A DNA stretch of 64,000 bases from Candidatus Poribacteria bacterium (GTDB taxonomy: Bacteria; Poribacteria; WGA-4E; WGA-3G): assembly GCA_963665235.2 (NCBI GenBank), contig CAXXLX010000001.1:3200001-3264000 (forward strand), in the 5' to 3' direction. Position numbers and translations under genes: made by a program. The notes under the pieces are model-generated. The model saw only the letters and a program-made list of their open reading frames with translations. It did not search any database and was not told the origin of the DNA. This document shows, piece after piece, positions 9,425-19,464 of this stretch (its first letter is position 1; every line of letters begins with the position of its first letter).

Positions 9425-11229
9425 TTTTTATCTGCTTTATAGATAACGTCATTGTGATTGACAGAAGCATCAGCCGGACCGGAATCGGCGATTCCAATCA
9501 TTCCCTCCATAATAGCATATCCCGCTGCTATATGATTCTTTTCAACAATTTCCCGGAACTGCCCACTTTTCACAAGTGCAATAAAGAAATCCAGTACGTC
9601 AGCGGCATCTTTGAGAATCTCGGCAAATACATCGCGTAAACTTCGGTCTTCAATGCCGAAGTTTTTCGCTGTTGTTACATATTTCTGTCCTTTCCGATGT
9701 GCACTTCCACTAGAACGAAGCCTCTGAAGTTTCCGGAGAAAATCGATATGAACGTCAGCCCCTTCAATATCATTAATAAGTAAGGCGGATTCAAGTAGTG
9801 CAATACCTCTTTTATCTTTAAACTCCTCCCGCTTGTCAAAAGGAATCATCTTTTTTAAGTATGCTTCGTTCAGAGAATCTATTAGGATCTTTGTAAGGCT
9901 CAAGACCACTTCATCGAAATCGCGTTGTTCGTCGGTTGCGGGAATTCTCAGGGATTGAAGATGATATGCATCTTCAGTGCGTAGCGGTAACAACCACTCT
10001 TCGCCGAGGTGTGATTGACTCACCTTTTGTAAATCACGGTAACGTCGTTCAAAGATATGCTCAAGCATCACTGAATTTTTGAATTGGGCCCCTAATTGGC
10101 GGTCGAAATATGTCTCGCTTACTCCGCTTGTCGGCGGAATATTGTGCAGTTGCCAGTGTTGCTGTTCGCTATAAGGGAGGTCACGTCCAAGATCGCCCAA
10201 CCACATACAAACGTTATCTTTGTGGTGATTGTCAATATAGACACACCAAAGACTACCACATCGAAGAATAGAATCTTCTACACTGTATTTGCTCGGTTCT
10301 CTGTAATATTTGTCTAAGACCTTCTCTCTGAAAAGAACAGGGGTTAGATAACTTGGTGCCTCTTGAGCCACCCCACGAATATTTTCTGGATCTGCAGGCG
10401 TTTTCAATTGATCCGGATTAGAGGTGGAAATGATGTTATCCCCGTTTTCATCAATACCAATAATGAATTCCGCATATTTTTTTTCTGTTTCCTCAGCGAA
10501 AGGCCAGAAACCGCTTTTTGCCTTTGGCAGCGGAGCGACTAACTTTTTTCCGACCAAACGGCTAAACGCTCTGCGATTAGTCAGGCCTTTATCACCATAC
10601 CGGCGCATCCAACACATAAGTTCGTCCTGCGTATTTTCGTCACCAGCTTGCAATTCTAGCTCTTCCAAGGAATGACGTGAAGTTTCAGAAAAAATAAATT
10701 GAATAGCGAGGTGCATCTCCTTGATTGCCAAGAATTGACGAATCTCTTTGAGTCGTATCTCGATTTTATCAGGTTTGACAATAACCACAACCTCCTCATT
10801 TCCAACGTTATCCATCTTGAGGTATTCATCTGTTTTTCTATCGTGATAGAGTTCGTGAAAAAGACGAAATTCTTCAGATATTTCTCTGTAATCTTCCCGC
10901 AATCCATCAAAATTTCTGTCAATAATCAGGGGTTCAACGCCGTTACGAACGCCATAACGGAGGTATTCACGTTGCAACTCACCGTGTTTATTGCAAGTTA
11001 CACCCCTTGGCATGCCACGAGAAATTTCCAAATCCCATGTTGGAGCAGCGAGTGTCTCCTGAATCTGAGCAGATGGTATCAGTGCACAATAGATGTGGCG
11101 TTTACTACGCTTTTCTTCATCTTCGTATGCTTCATACACAGTGAGCGTCTCGTTTGAATTTAACGCGCGCTGCATTTCCACAAGCCTATCTGCTTGCAAT
11201 AACCGTTTTTTCTCTTTATTAATATTCAT
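9421..11229 (-). CDS. Uncharacterised 602-aa protein with C-terminal HEPN-like R-x5-H motif and antitoxin-like tail
   Basis: ATG 11229 with AGGAGG RBS; LQRLRSSGSAH; tail MIGIADSGPADASVNHNDVIY. Confidence 0.6.
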   Translation of the reverse strand: MNINKEKKRLLQADRLVEMQRALNSNETLTVYEAYEDEEKRSKRHIYCALIPSAQIQETLAAPTWDLEISRGMPRGVTCNKHGELQREYLRYGVRNGVEPLIIDRNFDGLREDYREISEEFRLFHELYHDRKTDEYLKMDNVGNEEVVVIVKPDKIEIRLKEIRQFLAIKEMHLAIQFIFSETSRHSLEELELQAGDENTQDELMCWMRRYGDKGLTNRRAFSRLVGKKLVAPLPKAKSGFWPFAEETEKKYAEFIIGIDENGDNIISTSNPDQLKTPADPENIRGVAQEAPSYLTPVLFREKVLDKYYREPSKYSVEDSILRCGSLWCVYIDNHHKDNVCMWLGDLGRDLPYSEQQHWQLHNIPPTSGVSETYFDRQLGAQFKNSVMLEHIFERRYRDLQKVSQSHLGEEWLLPLRTEDAYHLQSLRIPATDEQRDFDEVVLSLTKILIDSLNEAYLKKMIPFDKREEFKDKRGIALLESALLINDIEGADVHIDFLRKLQRLRSSGSAHRKGQKYVTTAKNFGIEDRSLRDVFAEILKDAADVLDFFIALVKSGQFREIVEKNHIAAGYAIMEGMIGIADSGPADASVNHNDVIYKADKK

Positions 11230-11360
11230 GATACCCTCCTTTCGTTGAATAGAACATATATATGCAGTATACCACATTTTTTTCTTGCATTCTAATTGAA
11301 TTTAATCTAAACTAATGCATTAATACACAATAGCATTTCTCATAAGGAGAATAAGAGACT

Positions 11361-12446
11361 ATGACTATCCGAGTAGGTATTGTTGGCACAGGTGGCATTT
11401 CACGGGCACACCGGAACGCCTACGCAAAAGCAGGCGGATTCGAAATTGTCGCTGTTTGTGACATCGTCGCTCAAAAAGCACGACAAGCCGCCGAAGAATG
11501 GGACGTTCCGAAAAAGAATGTCTTCACAAGCTATAACAAGATGCTTGAAATGGACGAAATCGATACGGTGAGCGTCTGTACCTATAACCAAGGGCACCGA
11601 CGACCGACAGTCGCCGCGTTGAACGCAGGTAAACACGTTTTCTGCGAAAAACCGATGGCGGCAACCTTGACAGATGCAACCGCTATGGTCCGAGCAGCGA
11701 AAGCATCGGGCAAAATTCTACAAATCGGAATTCACAGCACATTCAGCCCAGGCCTTCAATTTGCAAAGAAGGTGATTGCTGAAGGAATTCTGGGCGACAT
11801 CTACTATTCTGAATCCGCAGGATGTAGACGACGCGGAAACCCGGGACACACGTTCATCTATAAAAGGACAGCGGGAGCAGGGGCTATCGTAGACATCGGA
11901 GTCTACAACATGCACAATTCGCTGTATGCGATGGGCTACCCAAAGCCTGTGCGTGTTTCCGCTATCACCGAGGATTACATCTCACAGCAAGATCCGAGGT
12001 TCAAGGGGATAATGGATGTTGAAGAGTTCGGCGCAGCATGGGTGCGTTTTGAAGATGGCGGCGTGATGGTGTTTAAAATCTCATGGGCCGTTCATCAAAA
12101 CTCGCTTGGCGGCAGCTACTGTCTCGGCAAAGACGCGGGTATCTCGTTGGACGGTCCGGTAGTGTTCTCGGATTCATACAGTAAAGAGCTCCAGAAGCTT
12201 GTCGAATCGGAAGGACTCACAGCAACCCCGGAACCACCAGAGGGAATGACAACTATCCGCTTCTCCGGATTTCAGGGTGTTGATGTTTGGGAAGCGCAGA
12301 TGACCGCCTTCCGAGAAGCAGTCAAAACGGATGGCCCCTCACCGATACCCCCTGAAGGTGTCCTGCTGACGAATGTAATTATGGATGGTATTTTCCGTTC
12401 ACATAAAACAGGGAAAGAGGTAAAGGTGCAGGTTCCCGAAATTTAA
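11361..12446 (+). CDS. Gfo/Idh/MocA oxidoreductase
   Basis: GIVGTGGIS, GKHVFCEKPMA, GAIVDIGVY. Confidence 0.9.
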   Translation: MTIRVGIVGTGGISRAHRNAYAKAGGFEIVAVCDIVAQKARQAAEEWDVPKKNVFTSYNKMLEMDEIDTVSVCTYNQGHRRPTVAALNAGKHVFCEKPMAATLTDATAMVRAAKASGKILQIGIHSTFSPGLQFAKKVIAEGILGDIYYSESAGCRRRGNPGHTFIYKRTAGAGAIVDIGVYNMHNSLYAMGYPKPVRVSAITEDYISQQDPRFKGIMDVEEFGAAWVRFEDGGVMVFKISWAVHQNSLGGSYCLGKDAGISLDGPVVFSDSYSKELQKLVESEGLTATPEPPEGMTTIRFSGFQGVDVWEAQMTAFREAVKTDGPSPIPPEGVLLTNVIMDGIFRSHKTGKEVKVQVPEI

Positions 12447-12523
12447 ACGGCTCCCTTATCGTTGGCGGGGTTTTATACCTCGCCTCCTGAAATCATTAAA
12501 GGTGAGGTCTCCGGACCTCACTT

Positions 12524-13573
12524 TTAAAAATTGTCAACAACGAATATCCTGCCCCGTTTACTACCAACCTCTACATTAACCCGTTGCCTCGTTTTCAACG
12601 TTTTGTGCTGTTTGAGAAGTTTTTCTAAAAGGACAGGCTGCGAGGTAAGCAGTACCATCCGCCCACCGGGTTTAAGCACAGTTTTAAATTGGCTGACACA
12701 TCTGCTATAGAGGTTGGCAAGTTGCCCGGAATTTGGGGCTCCTTCAAGTGGTAGATTACAAGCGATTTTATCAATCGTGTTCGGCTGAAGCGGCAAGGTC
12801 TGTGCGTCCCAGTAAAAAAATTGACGCGGTTGATGTCGCCTGCCGAAATTCGTCACAGTCGCTGCGACTGCCTCTGTAGAGATGTCCCCCCCGATAAGAT
12901 AACGGTACCGTCCAGCGCAGGCCCGTTCTAACAGAATAGTACCAGCCCCACACATCGGGTCTAAAAATACATCATTTGGATGCGGTTGTGCTAGCTGCAC
13001 CATGCTGTACGCTACCGTCGGTTTAAGTGCTGCAGGCACACGCACCCGTTTGTCCGAACGCTGCACCATGTCAGCAGGCGATAGTCGAATGCTGATATAT
13101 CCATCACTCCCATGCACCTCAGCCCAGACATTCAGTGCTGAATCCGCCTGTGTCAAGTGCCAACCGTGTTCCAGCAAAACCCTCTCAACAACCTGTTGAA
13201 GGTCACGTTTTTGAAAATTCCGGAATCCAGACATGCGGCTTGTCACCCGAAACATCACGCGTTTCCTCAATTTGATACCGACCTGTCGACAGCAGTCTAG
13301 AGCCTTGCGGAAATTGAAGCGCGACAGGGTTCTGCTCATAATCGATAGGGAGCGGCGAGACCGCGTCATATTAGGAATATGTTTTATCACAAGAAACAGC
13401 TGCTCCGCAGCCCGTAGCGATAGCAAATCTTTCGGATTTCCTGAGTATTGGAAGACAATTCTTTGCGGTTTACGCATCAGAATTTTGAACCGTTCAGTCT
13501 CCCCAAAACGCGCGATGATTTCCTGACGGGCAATGTTCTCCAAGCCCGCAGAGACGAGAATTGAGTATATCAT
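12524..13573 (-). CDS. THUMP-domain SAM-dependent RNA methyltransferase
   Basis: LDPMCGAGTI, GGDIS, ACNLP; N-terminal GLENIARQEI; ATG 13573 with RBS. Confidence 0.8.
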   Translation of the reverse strand: MIYSILVSAGLENIARQEIIARFGETERFKILMRKPQRIVFQYSGNPKDLLSLRAAEQLFLVIKHIPNMTRSRRSLSIMSRTLSRFNFRKALDCCRQVGIKLRKRVMFRVTSRMSGFRNFQKRDLQQVVERVLLEHGWHLTQADSALNVWAEVHGSDGYISIRLSPADMVQRSDKRVRVPAALKPTVAYSMVQLAQPHPNDVFLDPMCGAGTILLERACAGRYRYLIGGDISTEAVAATVTNFGRRHQPRQFFYWDAQTLPLQPNTIDKIACNLPLEGAPNSGQLANLYSRCVSQFKTVLKPGGRMVLLTSQPVLLEKLLKQHKTLKTRQRVNVEVGSKRGRIFVVDNF

Positions 13574-13584
13574 TAAAGTCCTTT

Positions 13585-15840
13585 CTATGGTGGTGGCCAC
13601 TGTAAGTGTCGGTGTAAAAACCGAAATGTGCCTCCAGCGTTAATTTGATGTCCCCCATCGAAGAATTCGATTTCGGTATTTTCGGCGATGCCGAGTCGTA
13701 CGTAGAGTCGTCTCACAACAGCGAATTCATGTGCAACCCATTCGTCAGGGGCGACCCCATCATCGTGACCGCGCTCCACCATAAATGGACGTGGCGCGAT
13801 GAGGCCTGCCATCTCCGCGTAGTTGAACGTGTTTCCTAAATCGAACTCCGGCATCTCATATTCGCCGGTGAACATATAACTGTATCGCGAATCAAACGTT
13901 GCGTTTTTGACAATCCATTCGTTGAAATCTGCTGAGCAGATGGAGCAGGCATATTTTTCAAGGACTGCTGGCACCCGCATCGCCGTTTTTCCGCCGTAAG
14001 AGAGCCCATAAAACCCAATCCGCTCCGCATCAACGAACGGTTGTTCCGCTAACCAATCAAGCGTGCGTTGATGTTGGCGGATAATGAGCGAAAAGAGCGA
14101 CCACTTAATCGGATTCGCCTTGCGTTGAATGACACGAAACGCATCAGCACCGATATACGGGTTTTGTGGGGCATAGGCGATAAAACCTCTGTCCGCTAAC
14201 TGTGCCGCGTAGGCGTGATAAACAGAGTTTATCCTCGGATCGGCGGTGTCTTGCGGTCTTCCCTCCAATCCGTGCTGACAGACAACAACCGGCCGCTGTT
14301 CCCCAGGCTTGAGGTCATTTGGAAGTAGCAAAATGCCGTAGGCGAAAACGTCTTTCCAAACATCCAGCACAACTTCATACCCCTTCCACTTGGGTTCATC
14401 ATAAATCAGGCGTGTTCTCGGATTCGCCGACACATCAGGAGCGGGGCACCGTCCGATAACCTCATCCCAGAAATAGGTTTTGGCATCTGCACATGTCTCC
14501 TCCCACCGTGCAAGCGAGGAGGTGTCGGTATTTTTCCAGAAGAATTGCTGACGTTGCGATGCGGCTTCCCGCAAAAAACGTTGTGTCACATTGACAAGCT
14601 GTCCAAACTGTCGCTGCTGCCTCGCCTCATAATCGAACGGTTCATCAAGTGGCGGTGACAGCAGGTGGTATTTGTCAACATGTGCATCTGTCACGCCAAG
14701 CCCGGTGAGAAAAGCCGTTAATGTTTCTGTGGTGCCCGGCAATCCATCCTCGGTGGCAATAAGACGTAGCGCGTTTTCACTGTCGAGCTGTTGATAAAAC
14801 GGGAGAGTGCGGTCGAATTCCGCTTTGACAGATTCCACAGGCGGTGATACCAGCTGTCCGGGTGCCGCGCCGCCTCGGCCATCGCGACGTGGGGGCGGCC
14901 CTTGGACCTCAGGCCCGCGGCTCGCTTCAACGATTAACGGACGTGGGGCGATGAGACTGGCAATTTCCGCGTCGCCGAATTCGTGAAGTAGTCCCCACAC
15001 ATTTCGATATATCGGTTCACGCCAGACCTCTTGACGTGATTGAAAATACCCGCTGACGACTGCCGCCTGAATTCGGGTATCTACTGCCGCACTATAGAAC
15101 GCAATTAACCCGCCTTCGCCGTAACCGACAACGCCAACCGGTTCTGCGTAAGGCGACATCCAATCCACTAATGCCAACACCTTCTGTACCTCATACCCGA
15201 TGATATGTCTACCTAATTGATACGCCATCCGGTAGATAAATTCGCGATGCGGTTGGTTTGTAAATGTCCCGATTTTTGGATTGCCTGAATAAGTGTCATC
15301 ACGGTTAATTAGAAGCGGTATCACGACGCGGCACCCCGCCTTTGCTAACCGTCGGGCAAACTGCGCGTTTGGTGGCAGTTCATCCGTTACCCCAGCTATC
15401 ATCTCCGGTGTCCAATCTGCATCGGGCAGCGCAATCACCTGCGCGATAACAGGTATGTTGCTCATCGGCTCTAACAGAAGACCTTCACCTTCAACTTCAT
15501 CGAAAACGGGCCAACGGACACGAGATACCATGTAATTCTCACCCTTTGCCAGGTGCGCGGAGATGTTCGTTGTAGACACATAAGAGAGGGATTCAATCGG
15601 CAGCCGCGCGTCAATGCAGCCTATCTGTTTCCTGAGACGTTGCCTGTTCGGTTCAACAGAGTCGGCGTATGCCTCATGGGAACTGTAATCGCGATGCCAC
15701 AACGTCGCTCGATTTTCAGCCGCAATTTCTACGGCACGTGTTACATAGTTGTCAAGGTCTTCAACCATCTGTGCAGCAAGGTCACCTTCAAACGTCAAAG
15801 GTGCAGTGCCTTGCAATTCCTGCGTTGTCTGTTTTGACAT
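13585..15840 (-). CDS. Double alpha/beta-hydrolase (dienelactone hydrolase-like)
   Basis: GYGEGG and GLSYGG nucleophile-type motifs, C-terminal FDGGH; AAGGAGG RBS before ATG 15840. Confidence 0.75.
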   Translation of the reverse strand: MSKQTTQELQGTAPLTFEGDLAAQMVEDLDNYVTRAVEIAAENRATLWHRDYSSHEAYADSVEPNRQRLRKQIGCIDARLPIESLSYVSTTNISAHLAKGENYMVSRVRWPVFDEVEGEGLLLEPMSNIPVIAQVIALPDADWTPEMIAGVTDELPPNAQFARRLAKAGCRVVIPLLINRDDTYSGNPKIGTFTNQPHREFIYRMAYQLGRHIIGYEVQKVLALVDWMSPYAEPVGVVGYGEGGLIAFYSAAVDTRIQAAVVSGYFQSRQEVWREPIYRNVWGLLHEFGDAEIASLIAPRPLIVEASRGPEVQGPPPRRDGRGGAAPGQLVSPPVESVKAEFDRTLPFYQQLDSENALRLIATEDGLPGTTETLTAFLTGLGVTDAHVDKYHLLSPPLDEPFDYEARQQRQFGQLVNVTQRFLREAASQRQQFFWKNTDTSSLARWEETCADAKTYFWDEVIGRCPAPDVSANPRTRLIYDEPKWKGYEVVLDVWKDVFAYGILLLPNDLKPGEQRPVVVCQHGLEGRPQDTADPRINSVYHAYAAQLADRGFIAYAPQNPYIGADAFRVIQRKANPIKWSLFSLIIRQHQRTLDWLAEQPFVDAERIGFYGLSYGGKTAMRVPAVLEKYACSICSADFNEWIVKNATFDSRYSYMFTGEYEMPEFDLGNTFNYAEMAGLIAPRPFMVERGHDDGVAPDEWVAHEFAVVRRLYVRLGIAENTEIEFFDGGHQINAGGTFRFLHRHLQWPPP

Positions 15841-15860
15841 AAATGCCTCCTTATTAACGT

Positions 15861-15893
15861 GTAAGTCCAACCAACGGGCGGACTGGATATACG
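15861..15893. repeat. Solo copy of 33-nt hairpin repeat also found x3 at 25465-25650
   Basis: gtaagtccaaccaacgggcggactggatatacg, 2 differences from the triplicated unit. Confidence 0.8.
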
Positions 15894-15896
15894 TCG

Positions 15897-16006
15897 GGAC
15901 TTACGCAAATTTAGCAGAAACCTTGTAGGGGCGGGGTCTCCCCGCCCGCTATGTCTCGCTCTAGATGCCACTATCATAAGGGTTTATCAACGCGCTGCGT
16001 AAGTCC
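15897..16006. mobile_element. MITE-like element with GGACTTACGCA terminal inverted repeats carrying a GTAG REP
   Basis: ggacttacgca...tgcgtaagtcc; homologous copy inverted at 28462-28597. Confidence 0.75.
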
Positions 16007-16012
16007 TGTACG

Positions 16013-16164
16013 TAATGTGAACTTGAAAATAAATCTGTAGGTTGAGTTGAGCGGTAAACACACTAAAACATAGCCTATTGGACAGATATGCCGTTTTGAT
16101 AGACACACTCTCTGTCAATACCGGTAACGAAACCCAACCTCCTACTTTTATTAAACTCACGTTA
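16013..16164. mobile_element. Degenerate MITE of the ACGTGAG-TIR family
   Basis: taatgtgaacttgaaaataaat...ttattaaactcacgtta; internal gtaggttgag...cccaacctcctac REP-like pair. Confidence 0.5.
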
Positions 16165-16254
16165 ACATCACGGAATTGATAACGTGTTATTCTCCCGTAA
16201 TGATAGGAATTGAATTGGTATTTTTTGGTAAGAACGTCACGTCAGCGATGGGGT

Positions 16255-16416
16255 CCCTCGGCGGTTGCCGGTGTTTGTGAGTTGGGAGCTGCACAGCACA
16301 CGATTGCGATGTTCCACACCCTCATCACCCGACAAGCAGTAAAGAAAGCGGTGACAGGCAGCGGTGCTGCGGATAAGGAAAGCGTAAAGAAAATAATAAA
16401 CAAAATCTGTTATTGA
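16255..16416 (+). pseudogene. RuvC Holliday-junction resolvase C-terminal remnant
   Basis: AVAGVCELGAAQH...QAVKKAVTGSGAADKESV resembles RuvC VKKAVTGxGxADKxQV; no N-terminal half. Confidence 0.55.
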
Positions 16417-16474
16417 AATGCAAGAACTCCCTGATGTGTGCTGCCCATGCTAAGGTGGAGGACACCATGACCAT

Positions 16475-16504
16475 GGCCTGGAGGGATAAAAATCCCTCCA
16501 GGCC
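16475..16504. terminator. Perfect 13-bp hairpin
   Basis: ggcctggagggat-aaaa-atccctccaggcc downstream of minus-strand ORF ending 16572. Confidence 0.6.
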
Positions 16505-16571
16505 TAGTAGTCAAACTACTTTTTTTGCGCTTTGGGTGTAGGTAACGTGAGCCTACTACACAATGTAAGAG

Positions 16572-17078
16572 TTACCAGGGGATATAAACACTAGTCCGCC
16601 ATCTTACAGATCGGGTTCTAACATCCTTTGCCTTGGCGCAACCATCTGCAAGACAGTATTCTATCGTATCTCTGGGAACATAAGAATCAAACCAATCTAT
16701 GTCTGATGTTGACGCATGTTTACTGAGATATACAAACCACTGCCCCGATTCGCCATCCCATTTGTTATCGGGCTCTACCCAATCCTGGTTTAGCGTTGCG
16801 CTTACGGTATAGCTTCCTTTGAGAAATCCAGAACGCCGGGAATAGACGTTTACGCTTGCATGGACAGAATGTCCTAATATGGATTGTGACGCATCGGTTG
16901 ATGCATCGCTCCATACCTTGTCATCGTTATCGTATGCTCGACGGTGCACGGTATAGTTCGGGTCTCTACCGCGCCTGTTTTCGTGCGGGTCTTCCCACTC
17001 TATAACACCACCCCTATTTACTCCGGGGGAGGCTTTCAGTTGTAAAGTAAATGTTGCTACTACACATAGCAGGAACAT
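16572..17078 (-). CDS. Hypothetical secreted protein (true start probably 17109, frameshifted)
   Basis: Hydrophobic N-terminus; ATG at 17109 is out of frame by +1 across a 6-nt homopolymer. Confidence 0.5.
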   Translation of the reverse strand: MFLLCVVATFTLQLKASPGVNRGGVIEWEDPHENRRGRDPNYTVHRRAYDNDDKVWSDASTDASQSILGHSVHASVNVYSRRSGFLKGSYTVSATLNQDWVEPDNKWDGESGQWFVYLSKHASTSDIDWFDSYVPRDTIEYCLADGCAKAKDVRTRSVRWRTSVYIPW

Positions 17079-17122
17079 CAGAGATAGAAAAAATCGTTAG
17101 ATGTCTCATTGTAAAAAATCCT

Positions 17123-17890
17123 TTATCGTGGTAGATCTAAAAACTCGTACGGGTCTATGCCCGCCTCTTTATGTTCAATCACTTTTATATCGGATGGAAT
17201 ATCGCTTTCGTAGAGAGGGCCATCGTGATTTTGTAGAAAAGTTTCGGTTTCTGGTGACCCTTGGATGGAACGCGCCACTTTTCTTGTGCCGAAAGGCGTT
17301 TGTTGCGTTTTCCATTCAATTATAAGAGTGTGTGGATAATTCGGATAAACCAATCCATTTGAGATTGTGGCCCCAATCGCCTGTGTTCCTTCGTTCCACA
17401 GCTTCATAAGGACACGATGAACTAATTCTCCGTTTTTGTCCCAATCGTAAGTCCAGAAATTCGGATCCTCTCCGTCTGGATATCCTGCGGGTATTTTGGG
17501 GAACGGTCCGAATCCGTACGGTGACACACGTTTGTCTGCATCATCTGCTTGTGCAGCGTGAGTTGTTACGGGCTCGTGTGTTTCCGATTGTGCAGCGTTT
17601 TCTGGGTTTGGGATTATCTCATTAACCGGTTTCGCTGCGTTTGGCATCGGTTCCGCTGCATTTGGCGTTGCGCCTTGTGCAGTTTGGTCGATTTTCACTT
17701 TTGCCCGGCTGTCTGTTTTCGCCTTTTTGGTATTTTCCAATTGGGGCGTATATTTGAGAGTCTTCGAGGGTTCGTGCTTGTAGGGTAACAGTTCGTATTG
17801 ATACCATACATAACATCCGCAGGCTATGATAATCAGCAGCAAGACCGCGCCAATTATCCATTTATTGGTTATGATGTCGCGAATCATCAT
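17123..17890 (-). CDS. Membrane-anchored hypothetical protein
   Basis: AGGAGG RBS, N-terminal TM helix, low-complexity linker, VSPYGFGPFPKIP motif; TTGACA/TATACT promoter-like at 17985-18013 (-). Confidence 0.7.
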   Translation of the reverse strand: MMIRDIITNKWIIGAVLLLIIIACGCYVWYQYELLPYKHEPSKTLKYTPQLENTKKAKTDSRAKVKIDQTAQGATPNAAEPMPNAAKPVNEIIPNPENAAQSETHEPVTTHAAQADDADKRVSPYGFGPFPKIPAGYPDGEDPNFWTYDWDKNGELVHRVLMKLWNEGTQAIGATISNGLVYPNYPHTLIIEWKTQQTPFGTRKVARSIQGSPETETFLQNHDGPLYESDIPSDIKVIEHKEAGIDPYEFLDLPR

Positions 17891-18137
17891 AGGCCTCCTT
17901 ATGTTTTGCCACACTTGCACACTGTGTAGCGTTATAGTTTCTATCGGGTATCCACATTGGATTTTACGTTTTGCCGATATTCAGAGTATAACACTTTTTT
18001 CTTTTTTTGTCAACTATTTTTTTTCTCTATACAAACTACACCCCTTTTAAAATTTATTTTTGACTCTGGAAATGTATGCTATAACACGTAGAGCCTCCTT
18101 TTTCCTACCTATATCCACAACGAACCACAAGGAAATA

Positions 18138-19325
18138 TCAAACAACGCCAGCCTGTCTTAACATTTCCACCTCATCCGGTGACATTTTCAAGGTGTTGGT
18201 CAACACCTCTATCGTGTGTTCACCGAGGCCGGGAGCAGGTGCATCTACACTACATGGGGTTTCAGAGAGTTTAATCGGCACCCCCGGCACCTCAACTGTG
18301 CCAGTTATCTGATGCATGACCTGCGTAATCATGTCGCGTGCTTGGATCTGCGGATGACTGACGACCTTGTCCATAGCATTGATGGGCCCGCACGGCACCC
18401 CGATTTCTCCGAGTGCGTCAATCCACTCCTCCGTTGTGCGTTCGCACATAATCTCCGAGAGGATAGGAAACAGTTCACTGTGATTTGCAGTCCGTTCGGC
18501 GTTAGTGCTGAACCGTGCATCCGAGATGAGGTGCTGCTGATTGACGTGTTCACAGAATTTTGCCCACAACGTATCGTTGCCGATAGCAATGATGACGTGC
18601 CCATCCGCCGAGGCGAACGCTTCAAACGGGGTTATCGCAGGGTGTCGACTTCCGAGCGGTTGTGGCACTTCGCCCGTGGCAAAATAGCGGACGACCGCGT
18701 TCTCCAAAACCGCAACGAGACTGTCCAACATCGCCACATCCACAAACTGCCCCTTCCCGGTGTGATGTCGGTGGTGCAGTGCGGACAGAATGCCGATTGT
18801 CGTGAAGAGCGCAGCGGTGATGTCACTGATGGATGTACCGACACGGACCGGCGGCCCTTCAGGTTCACCGGTAATACTGATAATACCGCCCATCCCCTGG
18901 ATAATCATATCGTACGCCCCCTGTTGTGCAAAGGGACCGGTCTGTCCAAAGCCGGAACATGCCGCGTAGATAAGTGTCGGGTGTTCAGTCGCAAGCGAGT
19001 CGTAATCCAATCCTAATTTTTTCATCGTCCCTGGCCGAAAATTCTCAACGACAATGTCGCTCCGTTTGACCAGCTGCTTGAATATCGCTTTTCCCCGTTC
19101 CGTTTTAAGATTGAGTGTCACGCTCCGCTTGCCGCGATTCACGCTCATGAAGTAAAGACTAAACCCGTTTTTGAACGGACCGAAATTTCGTGCCTCATCA
19201 CCGGTGTCGGGTTGTTCAATCTTAATCACTTCAGCCCCGAGGTCGCTGAGGAGCATCGTTGCATAAGGGCCCGCAAGAACTCTCGTTAAATCTAAAACCT
19301 GTATTCCCTTTAGTGGACCGGACAT
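18138..19325 (-). CDS. CaiB/BaiF family III CoA-transferase
   Basis: GPLKGIQVLDLTRVLAGP, NRGKRS, ENFRPG, AYD catalytic Asp. Confidence 0.92.
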   Translation of the reverse strand: MSGPLKGIQVLDLTRVLAGPYATMLLSDLGAEVIKIEQPDTGDEARNFGPFKNGFSLYFMSVNRGKRSVTLNLKTERGKAIFKQLVKRSDIVVENFRPGTMKKLGLDYDSLATEHPTLIYAACSGFGQTGPFAQQGAYDMIIQGMGGIISITGEPEGPPVRVGTSISDITAALFTTIGILSALHHRHHTGKGQFVDVAMLDSLVAVLENAVVRYFATGEVPQPLGSRHPAITPFEAFASADGHVIIAIGNDTLWAKFCEHVNQQHLISDARFSTNAERTANHSELFPILSEIMCERTTEEWIDALGEIGVPCGPINAMDKVVSHPQIQARDMITQVMHQITGTVEVPGVPIKLSETPCSVDAPAPGLGEHTIEVLTNTLKMSPDEVEMLRQAGVV

Positions 19326-19464
19326 GTGTTGATTTCTCCTATGTTAGAAAAATTTGCCTTTCTATTGCACACATGCTAAAATAGAATCAGAGTACCTAAT
19401 ATTAGCAGCAAATTGTATCTATGTCCAAAGATTTTTAACGGCAGGGCTGTTAAGGAGAACTTCA

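Noticed and set aside
18216-19016. Long antisense ORF (also 32669-33379, 46686-47324, 62373-62933)
   Set aside because: Shadow frames opposite well-supported genes, with no recognisable motifs
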